DNA of 64,000 bases from Vicinamibacterales bacterium (GTDB lineage: Bacteria; Acidobacteriota; Vicinamibacteria; Vicinamibacterales; UBA2999): contig DATKDY010000261.1 in NCBI GenBank assembly GCA_035512515.1, positions 33,575 to 97,574 of the forward strand. The letters run 5' to 3'. Both the position numbers and the translations under genes were made by a program. Below, piece after piece: positions 61,240-64,000 of this stretch. Numbering within the stretch: the first letter of the stretch is position 1; the number at the start of each line of letters is the position of its first letter. The notes under the pieces are model-generated. The model ran no database searches. It worked only from the letters and a program-made list of their open reading frames with translations, and was not told where the DNA came from.

Positions 61240-64000
61240 CTAGAACTTCATACGAAGACCCAGGAAGGCGCGGCGTGGTGTCACCCACTGGATGGGATCG
61301 CTGAACGCGGTGGTGCCCAGGCCTGCGACCAGGTCCTGCGTCCGAATCGCTCCCTGAGTGTTCGCGATGTTGAAGACATCGACGAACAGTTCTGCGGCGA
61401 CTTCACCGGCGAGCCTTTGGGTGTACTGGGCGCGCACGTCCAGTGTGCCCCACGAAGGATTCTCGATGGTGCCGACCGTGTCCGGTGCGATCCAGCGCTG
61501 CACCGTTCCGGCATAATCGAATGCGTCAGCCGGATCGACCCGGATCGGCAGGTTGCGGCCCGACGCCCGGAACGTGCGGCTCGCGAATGTGCCCGAGTTC
61601 CAGTTGAGGAACCCGCCCAACTGCAGACCGAAGTCGAACGTGTAGGAGCCGCCGCCCTTCAGCAGGTGCGTGATGCTGCCGGGCTGACGCCCAAACTGAT
61701 TGGGCGCGCGCGGGTCGAGAAAGAGCACGTCTCCCTGGAAGTCGGCGTTGGAGTCGGAGTTCGTGTTGCCATCGGCGTCGTTCCAGTTGTAAGACGCGAG
61801 CGTCTGCCAGCGGTCCGAGAAGCGCTTGCGGAACACGAATTCGAGGCCTTGATAATTGCGCTCGCCGCCCGCCAGGGTGGCGATGACAAAGTTCGATCCT
61901 GGATTCTGTGTGTAGCCGAAGTAATCCAGACCGAGAAACAGTGTGTTCGGATCGTCAATCGAACCGGGGTAGTGGATCTCGCCATCCTGTGCGGTGGCAT
62001 ACAGCTCGAGGTCGTAGTCCTCGAGGATGTCCCGGGTACGGCGGTTGATGTACAGTGCCTCGAAGCTCATGTTCTGCCCAAGGTCTACTGCGTAGCCCAC
62101 TTGAACGTCGTCGGTATAGGGGGTTTGCGTCGTCGGCGAGAAGAACGCGTCCTGCACCGCAGGGCCGCCGCGGGTGCGGTACGTGATCCACTCACCGCCG
62201 GCGAAGACCTGCTCTTCGAAGATCGAACCGGTGAGGGTCCCGGCGAAGTTGGTCATGTTGTTGCGGATTGGGTCGTAGTAGCGGCCGAAATAGCCCGAGA
62301 GCTTGTGCCGGCCGTCGCCCATGAGGTCATACACCGCGCTCAGCCTTGGGGCGAACTCCCACGGGAACGTGTAGATGTTCTCGCCCGTCGTCGCGAAGTG
62401 TTCCCAGCGTTCCGCACGGACACCCACGTTGAGGGTCATGCGATTGAAGGTGACCGAGTCCTGCACGAAGAAACTCATCCCACGCGAGCTGGTTTCCTGC
62501 GGACCGGTGGCGGACTGCAGCGTCCGGTCGTAATTCACCATGTTGCTCGGATTGCCCGAGGAGCTGTTGAAGACCAGCGCCTGACCGAGTTCCGTCTGAC
62601 TGATCGTGCCGTCGCCGTTGAGGTCGAACATGCTGTAGAACCGTGCCCGATCGCTGCGCCCGTCGATTGTCCGGAGGAAGCCGGCGTAATCGCTCGGGTT
62701 CGAATGGTCAAAGCGAAGCAGCGTCCAGCTCCCGCCGACGACGTTCGCGGCCGTTACGCCAGCGTCAGCGTAGCGCGAAGAGATCGACCGGTAGATGGCC
62801 TCCCCGACGTACAAGGTGTCGCGATAGTTGATGTTCTTGGACCAGTCCACGCCCCCCTTGACAGTGTGGCGTCCGGCAATGTACGACACCGCGCCGCGGA
62901 ACCCGATTGTGTCGCGCTCACTGATGGAGTCGATGCCAAACCCGCCGAGCTGTTCTTCGGAGAGCGTGCGTCCATCGGTGCGCTGGAACAGGACGTCGTT
63001 CGAGGGCTGCCGGATCGCGGAGAATTGCGAAACCTCGCCGTTGTGCTTGTTGGCGCCAATCTCGAACAGCAGGCCGCCGGTCACGCGGGTATACAAGGCG
63101 CCGAAGCGGTGCCCACCTTGTTCCTGCGCCCGATCGCGCGCATTGGTGATGTCGCGGTCGCGACGGCCGCTGATCTCGGTCGGATCGCTCAGGTAGGTGA
63201 AGCTGATGAGGTCGCTATTCGCCGGGGACCAGGTACCCTTGGCGAAGCCTTGATGCTGGGTGTTCTCGACGGTGCGCAGGAACTCCTGCGTATCGAGGGT
63301 CGAGACGTCGTCTTCGCGGTTGGTGAAGCGATAACTGCCGAAGAACCATGCCTTGTCGCGGAACAGCGGTCCACCGAAGGTGTAACCATTGTCTTTGGTC
63401 GCGAATTCATCGGACGCGCCGTTGATGTTTTCCGCTACCAGATTCGAGTTCTGGAAAAAATAGTTCACCGAGCCCGAGAAGCGGTTGGACCCCGATTTCG
63501 TGATGACGTTCGAGATGAGCCCTGGCGTTCCGACGAACTCTGCGGGGATGCCACCGGTGATGACTTTCTGCTCCTGAATGATTTCCGTGTTGAGGTTGGC
63601 GCCAAACGTGCCGGTCAGCGGGTCGGTGACGTTGATGCCGTCGAAGTAGTAGGCGTTGTCCGTGGACACGCCCATATTGCCGGCAATGTCACTGTAGTTG
63701 ACGCCGCCGCGCGCGGCCGGATTACCGCTCGTGGTCGGATCGTCGGGCATGACGCCGGGAACGATCTGCAGGTAGCTCTGATAGCTCCGGCCCGTCGGCA
63801 GCGATTCGGTCAGCTGCAGGGTGATGTCCTGGCCGGTGGTGGCGCTGCGGGTATCGACGACCGGCGAGGCCGCCGTGACGGTCACCGCTTCGGTGACGCT
63901 GCCGAGCGCAAGGGTTAGCGGCACCGAGACCGTCTGACCTGACCGGACAAGGATGTTCGGCCGGATCAGATCTTGGAAGCCAGACAGCTGGGCCGAAATT
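61240..64000 (-). CDS. TonB-dependent outer-membrane receptor (N-terminal CarboxypepD_reg-type region runs off the window end)
   Basis: The plug region reads SYQSYLQIVPGV..YFDGINVTD..ITGGIPAEFVG. A long barrel follows, ending in the C-terminal ..AFLGLRMKF with terminal Phe. The ORF is open beyond 63924. Confidence 0.85.
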   Translation of the reverse strand, partial: ISAQLSGFQDLIRPNILVRSGQTVSVPLTLALGSVTEAVTVTAASPVVDTRSATTGQDITLQLTESLPTGRSYQSYLQIVPGVMPDDPTTSGNPAARGGVNYSDIAGNMGVSTDNAYYFDGINVTDPLTGTFGANLNTEIIQEQKVITGGIPAEFVGTPGLISNVITKSGSNRFSGSVNYFFQNSNLVAENINGASDEFATKDNGYTFGGPLFRDKAWFFGSYRFTNREDDVSTLDTQEFLRTVENTQHQGFAKGTWSPANSDLISFTYLSDPTEISGRRDRDITNARDRAQEQGGHRFGALYTRVTGGLLFEIGANKHNGEVSQFSAIRQPSNDVLFQRTDGRTLSEEQLGGFGIDSISERDTIGFRGAVSYIAGRHTVKGGVDWSKNINYRDTLYVGEAIYRSISSRYADAGVTAANVVGGSWTLLRFDHSNPSDYAGFLRTIDGRSDRARFYSMFDLNGDGTISQTELGQALVFNSSSGNPSNMVNYDRTLQSATGPQETSSRGMSFFVQDSVTFNRMTLNVGVRAERWEHFATTGENIYTFPWEFAPRLSAVYDLMGDGRHKLSGYFGRYYDPIRNNMTNFAGTLTGSIFEEQVFAGGEWITYRTRGGPAVQDAFFSPTTQTPYTDDVQVGYAVDLGQNMSFEALYINRRTRDILEDYDLELYATAQDGEIHYPGSIDDPNTLFLGLDYFGYTQNPGSNFVIATLAGGERNYQGLEFVFRKRFSDRWQTLASYNWNDADGNTNSDSNADFQGDVLFLDPRAPNQFGRQPGSITHLLKGGGSYTFDFGLQLGGFLNWNSGTFASRTFRASGRNLPIRVDPADAFDYAGTVQRWIAPDTVGTIENPSWGTLDVRAQYTQRLAGEVAAELFVDVFNIANTQGAIRTQDLVAGLGTTAFSDPIQWVTPRRAFLGLRMKF

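Noticed and set aside
61417-63918. 833-aa + strand ORF
   Set aside because: It is antisense to the TonB-dependent receptor, which has plug motifs and a C-terminal Phe. I recognise no domain in it, so it is a high-GC artefact. The same reasoning applies to 17618..18901 (antisense to ppiD), 40448..41638 (antisense to the HEAT gene), 20798..22189, 9157..10263, 10263..11444 and 15232..15912.

Overview
This is a high-GC bacterial chromosomal segment. The gene content suggests an Acidobacteriota-like origin: a CarboxypepD_reg-type TonB receptor, DUF4097 behind an ECF sigma/anti-sigma pair, PpiD, and many secreted hydrolases. That assignment is inference only. I can support about 60 protein genes plus one tRNA-Leu(CAG). 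They are mostly housekeeping: a PLP dehydratase, a DmpA-type peptidase, a cold-shock protein, leuA-B-C-D with a divergent LysR regulator, pheA, sppA, ppiD, a GAF-GGDEF cyclase, and mreB-mreC-mreD-mrdA-rodA-rng. Further along are an ECF sigma cluster, an S8 protease, an alkaline-phosphatase-family enzyme, an amidohydrolase, and a translationally coupled HEAT-repeat/HD-GYP pair. After these come a nucleoside-salvage operon (deoA-nupC-punA-cdd-mtnA), tsaD, NUDIX and HD hydrolases, two ABC ATPase+permease pairs, a GGCT-family enzyme, a PilZ protein, an aldehyde dehydrogenase and a TonB-dependent receptor. I found no transposase, integrase, phage gene, CRISPR array or rRNA.

The most unusual signal is non-coding. 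Almost every real intergenic spacer is filled with short-unit (7-13 nt) tandem repeats. Many are organised as n units, a loop, then m reverse-complement units. They start at or over stop codons and even punctuate the mre/rod operon. A separate GC-rich REP-like element family has at least 4 copies.

Between tsaD and the NUDIX gene lies a 4-kb islet of decayed defence genes. It holds a vapB plus broken vapC, a frameshifted higB-2 plus intact higA-2, a nucleotidyltransferase stub, and the C-terminal third of a type III-like restriction enzyme. Other decay products are an SDR with its core deleted in frame and a truncated FMN reductase. All homology calls rest on motif recognition by eye; no searches or folding calculations were run.
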